From assembly GCA_037137655.1 (NCBI GenBank), contig JBAXJX010000002.1:229730-293729 (forward strand): DNA of 64,000 nt, read 5' to 3'. Of this stretch, positions 53,301 through 61,301 are shown one piece after another; position 1 is the stretch's first letter; the number at the start of each line of letters is the position of its first letter. Under the pieces are notes generated by a model, which saw nothing but the letters and a program-made list of their open reading frames with translations, did not search any database and was not told the DNA's origin. Source of the DNA: Candidatus Falkowbacteria bacterium (GTDB lineage Bacteria; Patescibacteriota; Patescibacteriia; Patescibacteriales; UBA12465). The position numbers and the translations under genes are program-made.

Positions 53301-56300
53301 GTGATTTCTACACTTGGGAAAATTCTGGTGGTCAACAATCATTTAAAACTTATAACTTAGAACTTGGGGCGGTTGTGGCGGATGGTCCAATGACATCGGG
53401 CGCCACAGCTTATGCTTTTGCGGGTAATAAAGGTGGTTCGGATTGTTCGTCTAGTACCTATAAATTATTGCCATCTGATCCAAACTATAATTCTGATTGT
53501 CGTGAATTCTATGACAAGGCTGGTAATATTTCGTATGCCAATTTAGGTCAAACTATAACTTGTAATGATAATTGTTTGCCTTACCGGGTGACTGATAATA
53601 TTGGTGGTGACAAATGTACTTCAATTGGTGGTACGGCGGATACTAGTGCGTCCAGCTCTTGTATCGTTTATGCTGTTCCAGGTGAAGGCCGCACTTGTAG
53701 CGCTGCGGAAAATGGTTGCCGAGAATATAATGGTAACTATGGTAACAATATTAAAATTGTTAAATCATTTGATTTTGAAAATGGGGTTAATCCGTTTACT
53801 TTTGATACTCAACAGAGTTCTGCTAGTGTTGTGCCTGAATCAAATATTCGCGATGGTCATTCTCTTAAAATTGTTAACGAGGGAAGTATTGGTTATCAAA
53901 CAAGTCAGTGGCAAAAATTGACCTTTAATTTAAATCTAGCCGATAAAACAATTGCTTTCTTTAAAGATGTTTTAAATAAATTGAGTTTAGCAGCCTTCGC
54001 CGCCTCAACCGTTCCAGATCATGGCGTGGCCGTTGATATGACCGGCTCAGCCGTTCAAGGTGCGGCTTACACTATTAAATTTTTAGCTAAAGCTTCATAT
54101 AATTCTTCGATTAATATTGATTTTACCAACGGTAAAAACGCCGCTCAATTCTTATCAACTGCGCAAGAAGGAGCTTCGGCTTATATCCCGGGTGATAATA
54201 CTTGGAGATTGTATCAGATGTATTTACCAAGCCTTGATCATGATGTTTCTAAAGTCGAGGGATTGGTTCTCTCTACTGGAGTAAAAGATGTTTACATTGA
54301 CAATATCGTTCTAACCCAAATTACTGATCGTTATTATTTGCTTAAAGATTCTTGGAAGACTCCTGATTCTTGTTACTATGATATTTTTGGTAAATATCAA
54401 GGTACAAATTATAACTTGGGTTGTAACGCTTATGCCGATCGTGATAACAGTACTCATTATTTACGTAATTTCTCCAAGATTTGTGGCGCTACTTCGGTTG
54501 GTTGTGAGGCAGTAGTTGATACTGGTAATAGCAGCGCAGCCACAACAACCCCAAATTATATTTATGCGATTTATGATTCCACTAAACTTTGTGGTGCGGA
54601 CAATAAAGGTTGCAGTCGTTTAGGCCAAGCTTTGTTGGCAAATCGCGATGTGTCAATTCAAAATGTTTATAGTGATGTTTATGTTAAAGATAATCCAGAT
54701 AATTACACTACTCCGACTAAGGCTGGCATTACTTGTTCGTCTGATGCTGTTGGTTGTGAAGAATTTAAGAGCACAGATGGTTCTTTGAATTACTTTAAAA
54801 ACCCAGGTTCAAATACTTGTGAATGGCGCGCCGGTAAAGGTGATCCAAGTAATAAATGGTATCGCAGCGCTTCGATGCGATGTGATTATAATACATCAAC
54901 TAAACCGGGTATTGATGCCGTCGGCGGTGCAGTAACTGAGCAATATAACCGTTTATGTTTGCGGGATACAGATTGTACTGTTGGTGCGACTAAAGGAAAA
55001 TGTATCGTGGATACTAATGATTATTTATGTCCAGTGGAAATGGCTAAAACTTTAGGTTTTGGTGGTACTGCAATTTATCAACCAAGTGGCGCGACTGGTA
55101 TTTGTAAATCGGATGCGGATACTTGTACTGAATTAATCGATCCTCAAAGTGGTTTTATGCCAAATTTAGTTTTGGATCCAAGTGGTTATAGCGGTACGTA
55201 TAAGAGTGATAAATGGAGTGTTAGCACGGCTGTTAAACCAATTCTTGGTAACCTTCAATTCCTTGAGGGACAAAATATAAATCCGTTGTTAGCTCCAAAT
55301 AAACTATATAAGATTTCAGTTGAAGGAGTTGCTCCTCCGACATCAGCCTTAAATGGTGATGTGGTTTTGTATTGTAATGCTAATGTTAAAATTTTGCGTT
55401 CGGATAATAGTTTAACTGACTTTAATCCAGCGACCGACCCTAACTATCAAGGAAATATAAGGGTAAGTGTTGATCAAAATAGCGTTAATAATTCTATTAC
55501 TTTCTATACTGGAACAGGTGACTCTAATGTAAAAAGTTTTTCTTGTGCGGTGTATAATCCAGATAAAGGTAAAATAATTTCTCTAAAAGAAGTCGCGATT
55601 GATTATCAATTGGCTAAAGATTTAGATCGCCAATCTTGTAATGGTACTCCAAATACTGATTCTGGTTGTGTCTTGTTTAACGAAAGAGGTGTAGCGGCTA
55701 GCAGCACGGCGCCATTCGGTCAAAAATTAGCGACCTTGGGTTATAACGCTGGCAAGTCTTATGATTATTCTCGTATCTATAGTACTTGTGGTGGTGTTGG
55801 CCAAGTACCTTGTAACAGTAATTCATTGATCAAAGCCACACCGGATCGTTCTTGTGCAAAATGGTTGGCGTGTGATGATTACGCTTTAGATGGTAATAAC
55901 CAAGTTTGTAGTCATTACGCTGAATGTACGGCCGCAGATGATAGTGGTCAATGTAATACCTTCTTGCAAACATCACCTAATACGGCCCATGTCTTTTCTT
56001 CCACAAATGATCAAAATTCTTCTGGTTTTTCGTTGTTGAATAATTTCTACTTCAAGGATATGAAGCAGGTGGGAAGTGATATTTTTCATCAAGACTTTGA
56101 AAAAGCTTGTGTGAGCGGTGAACAATTTTGTACTGGTCATATAATAAGTTCTCCTGATGATTTAACAACCTTAAAAAAGAATTCACGCGCAGATTATCCG
56201 GGCCATGGTAAGAGTTTTATGGCGGCGGACAACGTTGCTGCTATTGCCGGATTTGATGTAGCTCCAAATACGGATTATTACATTAATTTTTTGGTTAATG

Positions 56301-58576
56301 GTGATGATTTGATTGGTCGTGGTCTTGATTTGGCAGTTAATGACTCAAAAAAGACTGATGCGGGTGGATGCAGTAATCTGGACTGTGTTTATCCTGGTGG
56401 TGCAAGTAGCAATTGGGGTCACCCAGTTATTTATCGTAGTGGTGGATCGGCATTGAATGTTTTGTCTGACGGTAAAAAAATTATTGATGGTAGTGGTTGG
56501 CAAAGAATGGTGGCGAAGATTCATGTTCCAACAGGTACAACTAAAATTAATTTACAATTTTACACTTCTGAATCCGGTTATTATGTATATATTGATGATA
56601 TTAATATTGAATCAGTGTTGCAGGTAGCTGACAACACTTTAATCGCCAAGGATTGTCGCTTGTATCCTAAGACCGACAGCTTAACTTGCGAAAGTGATAA
56701 TAAGAGTGTGGTAGCTAATGGTCTTTATGGTTATTGTTTGCAATACGATTCAAAAAATCCAAGTGTTTGCTTGATGTGGTACCCAGTTGGTGGCGACGGT
56801 AGCAGTGTTGATAATTATAGTGCTAATAATATGTTTACTGGTTTTACTAGTACTGGTTTAACGCCGCACTGGTGTATGAATGTTGCGGTTAACGCTACAC
56901 CAGTGGAACACAGGGAAATGAGAGTGTTGTCTTATTTAGGTTATTGTACTGCTGATACTGCTAATCATCCGACTGAGGCCGCAAAATGCAATCAACAGCT
57001 CGACTCTCAGGGTAATGGCGTTAGGGATTATTTTGGACGCTCCTTAGTTTATCCAGCCTTAAATTCTGTACCAGCGACAAAAGATAGTAGGGCTATATTC
57101 CCCGGCTATGTCGAAGGGAATGCTGATTATGATTATTTTACGGTTTCGTATGAAGCGCCGGGAACTCATGATATTTGGCAAGCACTGATTCAAGTGCCGA
57201 AAAACAGCAATTCATACACTTTTTACGACTTAATCGGCGGTTGGGGTATGCCAACCACCCCAACTTGTGAAGCTAATACGGATAATACATGTGTCCCAAA
57301 AGGCTCCACTGTAATTAATGGCGGTTGGTGGGCTAAAGGTAGTAGTTATACTCAGTCCGGTAATAGTAATTATCAAATTGTTAGTGCTGACCCTATCGCT
57401 CCGGGTAGCGCAAATGAGAATTGTATTTCTCTTGATTTTGTCTCCGCTGGTAATTGCGGTGGCGGTAGGGATTGTACAAACGTTTCAGCAAGTAAGCCTG
57501 TTGGCGGTGCCGTAGACCCAAGTAAAATTTCTATTTGCGTTAATACGTTGGTAAATGGTTGGTATAAATCTGATTTACCTACCGCTCTCGCTGGTTTTGC
57601 TAAATTTCATGTTAGTGATTATTTCAATGGCACTTACCAGGACTTTTTTACTCCTGCCGGTGGTGATTATGATGGTTATAAAATTATTTATCTTGATCAG
57701 GGAGAAAAAACCAATAGTAGTCCTGCCGGGCAGCCAAGTTTGTGGAATGGAACTATGGTAAGAAATAATTTTTCCGACGAGCCCTTAACTTGTAATACTT
57801 ATACCACGCCGCCGCCAGGAGACTATGATCCATTAATTACTTGGTATGACCGTGCAAAAGACACTAAGACTAACTGGAGTGCATTAACAGGTAGTGCTTA
57901 TGTTGGATATTACACTGCTGATACTAATAATGCCCCATTTAGTGCTGTTAGCACTAAAGTAGCTAATTGTTATTTAAAGTCTGGTACTTGTGGTTTACCG
58001 TATGGTTGTAGCGGAACTGGTTGTCGATATTTATCTGCTACTGGTGGGGTGTTAAGCTTAAATAGCTCAATCCAGGATACGATTTTTAACACTAATAATA
58101 CTGACGGATATGCTCGTTTTAAACCTATTATTAAAAATTTGTTTTTAAATGCGGGTGTTGATGATTACACAATTACTGATGGTAACTTGCCAAATCCAAT
58201 CAATAGTACTAATCCTGAACATATCGGCAAGTGCCCCACTGGTAGTCCTTGGTGCGCTACTTGGCCGACCGTTGATGGTCCAGTGCTAATGGACAAAAAA
58301 GGTGCTTTAGTTGGCGGCGCTATGAGTCCGGGGTATTATACTTTAAAATTTGGCGTCACCGTTAATTCAAACCAATTGCCTTTATATAAAATGCGTATCG
58401 ATTGGGGTGATGGTAGTAACGTTGAAAAAACAGTGATTGATCCTCGAAATGGTGCTGCGCCTTTTGTTTTTGTTCATTATTACTCCGCCGCGCCAACAAC
58501 CGATATTAAAATTACCGTTATGGATAATTGGAGATCATACGGCACCGCAACCAGGATTAATGGACTTTGGAAGTAA
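50339..58576 (+). CDS. Giant secreted Cys-rich surface protein (2745 aa) with jelly-roll/CBM-like modules and a C-terminal PKD-like domain
   Basis: Uninterrupted 8.2-kb ORF. Signal peptide ending SHA/T. Recurrent G-C-x-x-[FY] knots (GCSGF, GCKSY, GCEQY, GCNEF, GCREY, GCEEF). NGDFE...VDKIKLE, FDFENG...YIDNIVL and ...YVYIDDINIE modules. C-terminal IDWGDGS PKD-like motif. Confidence 0.8.
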   Translation: MKKKLSGVLLLVLIAFGFLMPNISHATPADTIGGPVAIIRKVTDVVQSKFKDTLQKVGSALLKGAISKALNKIAIDAATYAGSGGEGQKPLFVTKGLGAYMKDIGDNAIGDAMEQFAQGTGINICSPNLDFKLKIGLGLSALTEQKRPSDSACKFSTMSQNWKNDINAKWAAFQSPDLLKNVAGSFSLSAPAGINASYSVLSGAADTSKTKVNDATNGQLIGKGWLTPTNIGGQVTTAPGQAEADLANIKQTQQASLLQTTGNVFVDAGKVFVNQLAVTAFNRALKKLATGDVGNIIPGVTVGSDDWWHKQIMAVTTCDRTPLDGCNASSKNDQDQSKCYAGYSCNSDCKCVDDNAAVASTDNLYNPNAVNNTGGIKAITQSLQTFAKPKFNVQADLNVLASLNSCPDAGPYGVGPTDCVLDDKFMQAVQEKKTVAEAISEGTLDPTWKMTADDNKTYQDAYTMRDIKILGQYRILPVGWQQIIATSTINKNPNITLGDAMACFDPNDAYTNFSPNFNSDGNGDIWCQGLVDPNWVLKAPQTQCAKLGVGNQLLSKDVTTEGVLITRNDNYCADVQSCISENKDGSCNKFGYCTQEKRTWNFASDACDPVYNTCNTYVGSDGTQASYLANTLDYSNCTGNQAGCKSYATTGIYSSSSNTMNWGTDNLKYFNKTVGICDAGNEGCSGFIRTNNYHNFLVNGDFEDNSNLAFWGVGSGGISITTSGYASAQAIAFSTNGLGRTIAVGPADYNVADEAYTLSFYSNCTATTTAYLGTANNMAMKSLPFSSGNTWSYHYLTNVYPHDAGTNQISFSIIPESGSCVVDKIKLEKGLDSSAYSEYGTNDTIYEKILPKYLESVCYVNTGSAKNYNLQPFAPAICQKFAKKCNADEAGCEQYKAAGDALPVQAVAKAADYCTAECVGYDTYIQRETAFNSSTAANIIPKTASACSAAAVGCNEFTNLDAVAKGGEGKEYYTYLRQCVKPSETKCGDFYTWENSGGQQSFKTYNLELGAVVADGPMTSGATAYAFAGNKGGSDCSSSTYKLLPSDPNYNSDCREFYDKAGNISYANLGQTITCNDNCLPYRVTDNIGGDKCTSIGGTADTSASSSCIVYAVPGEGRTCSAAENGCREYNGNYGNNIKIVKSFDFENGVNPFTFDTQQSSASVVPESNIRDGHSLKIVNEGSIGYQTSQWQKLTFNLNLADKTIAFFKDVLNKLSLAAFAASTVPDHGVAVDMTGSAVQGAAYTIKFLAKASYNSSINIDFTNGKNAAQFLSTAQEGASAYIPGDNTWRLYQMYLPSLDHDVSKVEGLVLSTGVKDVYIDNIVLTQITDRYYLLKDSWKTPDSCYYDIFGKYQGTNYNLGCNAYADRDNSTHYLRNFSKICGATSVGCEAVVDTGNSSAATTTPNYIYAIYDSTKLCGADNKGCSRLGQALLANRDVSIQNVYSDVYVKDNPDNYTTPTKAGITCSSDAVGCEEFKSTDGSLNYFKNPGSNTCEWRAGKGDPSNKWYRSASMRCDYNTSTKPGIDAVGGAVTEQYNRLCLRDTDCTVGATKGKCIVDTNDYLCPVEMAKTLGFGGTAIYQPSGATGICKSDADTCTELIDPQSGFMPNLVLDPSGYSGTYKSDKWSVSTAVKPILGNLQFLEGQNINPLLAPNKLYKISVEGVAPPTSALNGDVVLYCNANVKILRSDNSLTDFNPATDPNYQGNIRVSVDQNSVNNSITFYTGTGDSNVKSFSCAVYNPDKGKIISLKEVAIDYQLAKDLDRQSCNGTPNTDSGCVLFNERGVAASSTAPFGQKLATLGYNAGKSYDYSRIYSTCGGVGQVPCNSNSLIKATPDRSCAKWLACDDYALDGNNQVCSHYAECTAADDSGQCNTFLQTSPNTAHVFSSTNDQNSSGFSLLNNFYFKDMKQVGSDIFHQDFEKACVSGEQFCTGHIISSPDDLTTLKKNSRADYPGHGKSFMAADNVAAIAGFDVAPNTDYYINFLVNGDDLIGRGLDLAVNDSKKTDAGGCSNLDCVYPGGASSNWGHPVIYRSGGSALNVLSDGKKIIDGSGWQRMVAKIHVPTGTTKINLQFYTSESGYYVYIDDINIESVLQVADNTLIAKDCRLYPKTDSLTCESDNKSVVANGLYGYCLQYDSKNPSVCLMWYPVGGDGSSVDNYSANNMFTGFTSTGLTPHWCMNVAVNATPVEHREMRVLSYLGYCTADTANHPTEAAKCNQQLDSQGNGVRDYFGRSLVYPALNSVPATKDSRAIFPGYVEGNADYDYFTVSYEAPGTHDIWQALIQVPKNSNSYTFYDLIGGWGMPTTPTCEANTDNTCVPKGSTVINGGWWAKGSSYTQSGNSNYQIVSADPIAPGSANENCISLDFVSAGNCGGGRDCTNVSASKPVGGAVDPSKISICVNTLVNGWYKSDLPTALAGFAKFHVSDYFNGTYQDFFTPAGGDYDGYKIIYLDQGEKTNSSPAGQPSLWNGTMVRNNFSDEPLTCNTYTTPPPGDYDPLITWYDRAKDTKTNWSALTGSAYVGYYTADTNNAPFSAVSTKVANCYLKSGTCGLPYGCSGTGCRYLSATGGVLSLNSSIQDTIFNTNNTDGYARFKPIIKNLFLNAGVDDYTITDGNLPNPINSTNPEHIGKCPTGSPWCATWPTVDGPVLMDKKGALVGGAMSPGYYTLKFGVTVNSNQLPLYKMRIDWGDGSNVEKTVIDPRNGAAPFVFVHYYSAAPTTDIKITVMDNWRSYGTATRINGLWK

Positions 58577-58610
58577 TGTGCTTGTGCAATTAAATAGATA
58601 TGAAAAATAA

Positions 58611-58649
58611 AAAAGCTTCAGTATTCATACTGAAGCTTTTGTTTTTTTT
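58611..58649. terminator. Bidirectional intrinsic terminator after the giant gene
   Basis: 13-bp stem aaaagcttcagta / tactgaagctttt (58611-58623 / 58628-58640), followed by a T-run and preceded by an A-run. Confidence 0.8.
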
Positions 58650-58661
58650 AATTTTTATTGT

Positions 58662-59396
58662 TTATTGCGCCAATATGTTGGTGCCGTCAATTGTTAATGT
58701 TTTAACTAAATCTGACTCAACGTTTAGAGCAATATTGATACCATCTTTACTAATCGAGAAAGGTTGACTGCTAGTGTAATAAGTTCCACTAGAAAGATCT
58801 TTCGCGATTGCCCAGAAAGCAGCTGTTTTGTTTAATAAATACCATGGCAGTGTGATCGTCATAGTTTTAAGATCTCCAGAATAAGATTTGTTATCAATCG
58901 TCATGCCGAATTGAGTTATTTTTTCTTGCATAACCGGATTGAAGGTGGCGCTAAAATTAACTCTCAGGCGACCATCAGTAATGGTAAAAGTTTTTTCCAC
59001 ATAACTTGAGTCACCTTTAACATTTTTAGCAACAAGGATAACGCTATATGTTACTGATGTGGCATTTGGTCCAAAGGCCATGGAATTGCTAATCATTGAA
59101 TAATAGAAGTTTTCGGTCGCGCTATTAGCTTTTTTTTGGTCAGCCTTATTACTTTTAAATACCCAATACCAACTAGTAGCATTGGTCGAAGTGTTAGTAA
59201 CATTTACGGCTACCGAATCATCTTTTAGATTGATTGTTTCGGAAGCGAAAGTGAAGTTAGCTACTGGCAATTTGTTCACTGGATTAGTAGTGTCTATATT
59301 GTCAGGTTTTGGATCATCTTTTTTTGGTTTACAACTGGTAAACGTGCTAATGACAAGTGTCAAAAGCAAAATTGGGATTATTACTAGATTTTTCAT
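58662..59396 (-). CDS. Hypothetical lipoprotein with a PKD/Ig-like segment
   Basis: 244 aa. Lipobox-like TFTS/C followed by KPKKDD. PVANFTFASE...TSWYWVF is PKD-like. SD AGGAGGAG (complement of 59405-59412) and a perfect consensus promoter lie upstream. Confidence 0.6.
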   Translation of the reverse strand: MKNLVIIPILLLTLVISTFTSCKPKKDDPKPDNIDTTNPVNKLPVANFTFASETINLKDDSVAVNVTNTSTNATSWYWVFKSNKADQKKANSATENFYYSMISNSMAFGPNATSVTYSVILVAKNVKGDSSYVEKTFTITDGRLRVNFSATFNPVMQEKITQFGMTIDNKSYSGDLKTMTITLPWYLLNKTAAFWAIAKDLSSGTYYTSSQPFSISKDGINIALNVESDLVKTLTIDGTNILAQ

Positions 59397-59475
59397 GGTG
59401 TCAGCTCCTCCTGCGGGCTTTGTTTTATATGTTAGTAGATTTTATTTTTAAAGACCAGTACATTAATTGCTTATA

Positions 59476-59504
59476 ATTATAGCATGCGGCGGGGAATTTG
59501 TCAA
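59476..59504 (-). promoter_or_regulatory. Perfect consensus promoter (TTGACA-17-TATAAT) for gene 58662-59396
   Basis: On the minus strand: TTGACA (complement of 59499-59504), a 17-nt spacer, TATAAT (complement of 59476-59481). Confidence 0.7.
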
Positions 59505-59521
59505 TGTCACCTCACCCTTAA

Positions 59522-59553
59522 TCCCTCTCCATCCATAAATGGACGGAGAAGGA
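59522..59553 (-). terminator. GC-rich hairpin after the antitoxin gene (terminator/insulator-like; no clean U-tract)
   Basis: On the minus strand: ttctccgtcc...ggatggagaggg, about 13 bp including G.U pairs that are only valid on the minus strand. It lies between the TA operon end and the next promoter. Confidence 0.4.
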
Positions 59554-59564
59554 GAGTAATTTTA

Positions 59565-59897
59565 TTAGGCGCGCGTCATATTATTTTTAATTGGCAGGCT
59601 AAAGTTATATATTCTAGCCCAGTTTTCAGCGCCAAAACCCAGAACGGTCTTTATTTTTATTAAAGTGCTGTTGCGGATGTCGACATTGCCACTTTCTAGG
59701 TTTGAGATCATTTTTTGGGTGGTTTTGGTGGCAGCTGCTAAAGCTTGTTGGCTTAAATTATGAGCCAATCTGGCCTGATATATTTCTACTCCAAGTCTAA
59801 TACGTGCCGCCGCCTCTTCGGAGTAGGCTAAAAATTTTTTATCTTTTCGTGCTTCAGCGATTGGGTCGGTGCTAATTTTTTTATTGATATCTTTCAT
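59565..59897 (-). CDS. XRE-family HTH antitoxin (HigA-like)
   Basis: I start at the internal ATG (MKDINKKISTDP..., complement of 59895-59897). The HTH is NLSQQALAAATKTTQKMISNLESGN. It overlaps the toxin gene 3' end by 17 nt. Confidence 0.75.
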   Translation of the reverse strand: MKDINKKISTDPIAEARKDKKFLAYSEEAAARIRLGVEIYQARLAHNLSQQALAAATKTTQKMISNLESGNVDIRNSTLIKIKTVLGFGAENWARIYNFSLPIKNNMTRA

Positions 59898-60285
59898 AAT
59901 TGTTAGGATTATTAATAAATTTGCGATAGTAATCGTTGGTGGTTTCGTAATATTTTTCAATAGCCGCCCGCTCTTTATTCGTTGTATAATTGTCTGGTTT
60001 TTCAAAAGCGTTTAATAAAACAATTACATTTTTATAGCGAAAATATAAAATTCTAATGACAGTGTTTTTATCCTTGCGACTTTTTATTTCAAAAAAATTA
60101 TAGTTATGTAATGGCAGGGAAATTGGTGGTGTTGGTCGACCATTGTTAATAGCAACAAATTTTATTTTTTGATCGATTTCGGCCAACAATCTTAATTTTC
60201 GGTCATGACTTAATTTTATAGAATATAAATAGTGTTTTACTGGGCAAATAACTAAAACATCGTCAAAATAGTAAACAATTTCCAT
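59881..60285 (-). CDS. RelE/ParE-superfamily toxin, HigB / Gp49-like
   Basis: 134 aa. FFEIKSRKDKNTVIRILYFRYKNVIVLLNAFEKP matches the Gp49/HigB-type core. The toxin-first gene order is typical of higBA modules. Confidence 0.7.
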   Translation of the reverse strand: MEIVYYFDDVLVICPVKHYLYSIKLSHDRKLRLLAEIDQKIKFVAINNGRPTPPISLPLHNYNFFEIKSRKDKNTVIRILYFRYKNVIVLLNAFEKPDNYTTNKERAAIEKYYETTNDYYRKFINNPNNYERYQ

Positions 60286-60301
60286 ATCAAATACCTAGCC
60301 C

Positions 60302-60331
60302 AATTATATCTAATAAGATATAATTAGTCAA
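60302..60331 (-). promoter_or_regulatory. TA-operon promoter (TTGACT-17-TATAAT) with an embedded perfect palindromic operator
   Basis: On the minus strand: TTGACT (complement of 60326-60331), a 17-nt spacer, TATAAT (complement of 60303-60308). The palindrome aattatatct-aata-agatataatt (60302-60325) has 10-nt perfect arms covering the spacer and -10. Confidence 0.65.
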
Positions 60332-60403
60332 GATGTTAAAATTTATAATTATAATAATAGCTTTTTAAAGTTAAATTTTTTCTAAATAATAATTAACGAG
60401 TAG

Positions 60404-60432
60404 TTGACATTTTCTAAGAAAAGAGGTAAATT
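60404..60432 (+). promoter_or_regulatory. Candidate promoter of gene 60493-61197
   Basis: TTGACA (60404-60409), a 17-nt spacer, TAAATT (60427-60432). The SD GGGAGGGGG precedes the ATG. Confidence 0.5.
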
Positions 60433-60492
60433 ACTTTATTATTAGGTGAAAAAACGTTCTTTTAAAAAACCCACGGGAGGGGGTAATATATT

Positions 60493-61197
60493 ATGGAAAA
60501 TAGCTTTGTAAACTCAGTTTCAGAGAAGCGGGGTAAGTTTATCGTTTGCGCTTTTGCAATATGTATTTTTAGCGTCTTTGCTTATGTTTGGCTAAGTTTT
60601 GATGGTTATTTTTCTACGGAAAAAAATCCTGACTCAATTTCAGCCAACTTTAGTGTTCGTCACAATATTCGCTTGGATGATGAAATAGCTTTCATCAGCC
60701 CGGATAATAAGGCTCATGGTTATCGTTTACTCGAATGGTCAATGGTCGGTCTTGGTCGGGAATTTCTCTCCACTGACACCAATCCAACCTTTGAGATTGA
60801 TACACCTGGGACTTATATTTTGTCTCTAGCGGCTTATCCGACTAATGAAAAGTCTGATAAATGGCGTTCGTTTAAAGACACATTGGTTGTCGTTACGGAT
60901 AATCGTTTGCGGGCAAAACTACAAGTTGATCCGGCAGTGCTTTATTTTCCGGGAGATAAATGCGAAATTCGTTTTAAATCAGAGCAATTTCAAGTCAATC
61001 GGTCTTTGCGTTATGGTCAAAATGACTTTGCTTTACCGCGCTTTTTGTTAAGACTTAAAGTGGAGATCGTTGTGACAATTTGTCATCTCGATTCAACTAC
61101 TGAAACTTGGCAACAGAGAACTTTTGCTCAAGAAAAGGTAATAAGCGATTCACTGCTTTTAAAAATCGGTTCCAAGAAATCATCTTCAAAAAACTAA
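60493..61197 (+). CDS. Hypothetical N-terminally anchored protein with a PKD/Ig-like segment
   Basis: 234 aa with a TM helix (FIVCAFAICIFSVFAYVWL). ANFSV...LEWSMVGLGREFLSTDTNPTFEIDTPGTYILSLAAY resembles a degenerate PKD domain. Confidence 0.55.
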   Translation: MENSFVNSVSEKRGKFIVCAFAICIFSVFAYVWLSFDGYFSTEKNPDSISANFSVRHNIRLDDEIAFISPDNKAHGYRLLEWSMVGLGREFLSTDTNPTFEIDTPGTYILSLAAYPTNEKSDKWRSFKDTLVVVTDNRLRAKLQVDPAVLYFPGDKCEIRFKSEQFQVNRSLRYGQNDFALPRFLLRLKVEIVVTICHLDSTTETWQQRTFAQEKVISDSLLLKIGSKKSSSKN

Positions 61198-61217
61198 GTC
61201 TAAAAACTAGACCAAGT

Positions 61218-61250
61218 GACCCAAGCAATATTTGCTTGGGTCTTTTTATT
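61218..61250 (+). terminator. Intrinsic terminator after 60493-61197
   Basis: Stem gacccaagca / tgcttgggtc (61218-61227 / 61232-61241) followed by tttttatttt. Confidence 0.75.
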
Positions 61251-61301
61251 TTCCGCCTTATTTGGTATAATTTATTTATAAAAACTAGAAAAATTTTAGA
61301 T

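Noticed and set aside
47275-59396. The lipoproteins with an FTSCK(K/P)(D/K)(D/E) context being contamination or recent transfer from Bacteroidota.
   Set aside because: Their promoters are sigma70 TTGACA/TATAAT type, not the Bacteroidota TAnnTTTG type. Base composition and terminator style match the rest of the contig, and they are embedded between housekeeping genes without mobility genes.
59898-60005. N-terminal extension of the antitoxin ORF (MKNQTIIQRIKSG...).
   Set aside because: It lies entirely inside the toxin coding region. The internal ATG gives a typical antitoxin of about 110 aa with a 17-nt overlap, the usual TA coupling.
61107-61301. N-terminal 65-codon extension of the cytidylyltransferase ORF.
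   Set aside because: It overlaps the 3' end of gene 60493-61197 and reads through a strong terminator hairpin (61218-61250) and an extended -10 element. The conserved fold starts at MPNPKKLIKVAVSGYFNPLHVGH (ATG 61302).
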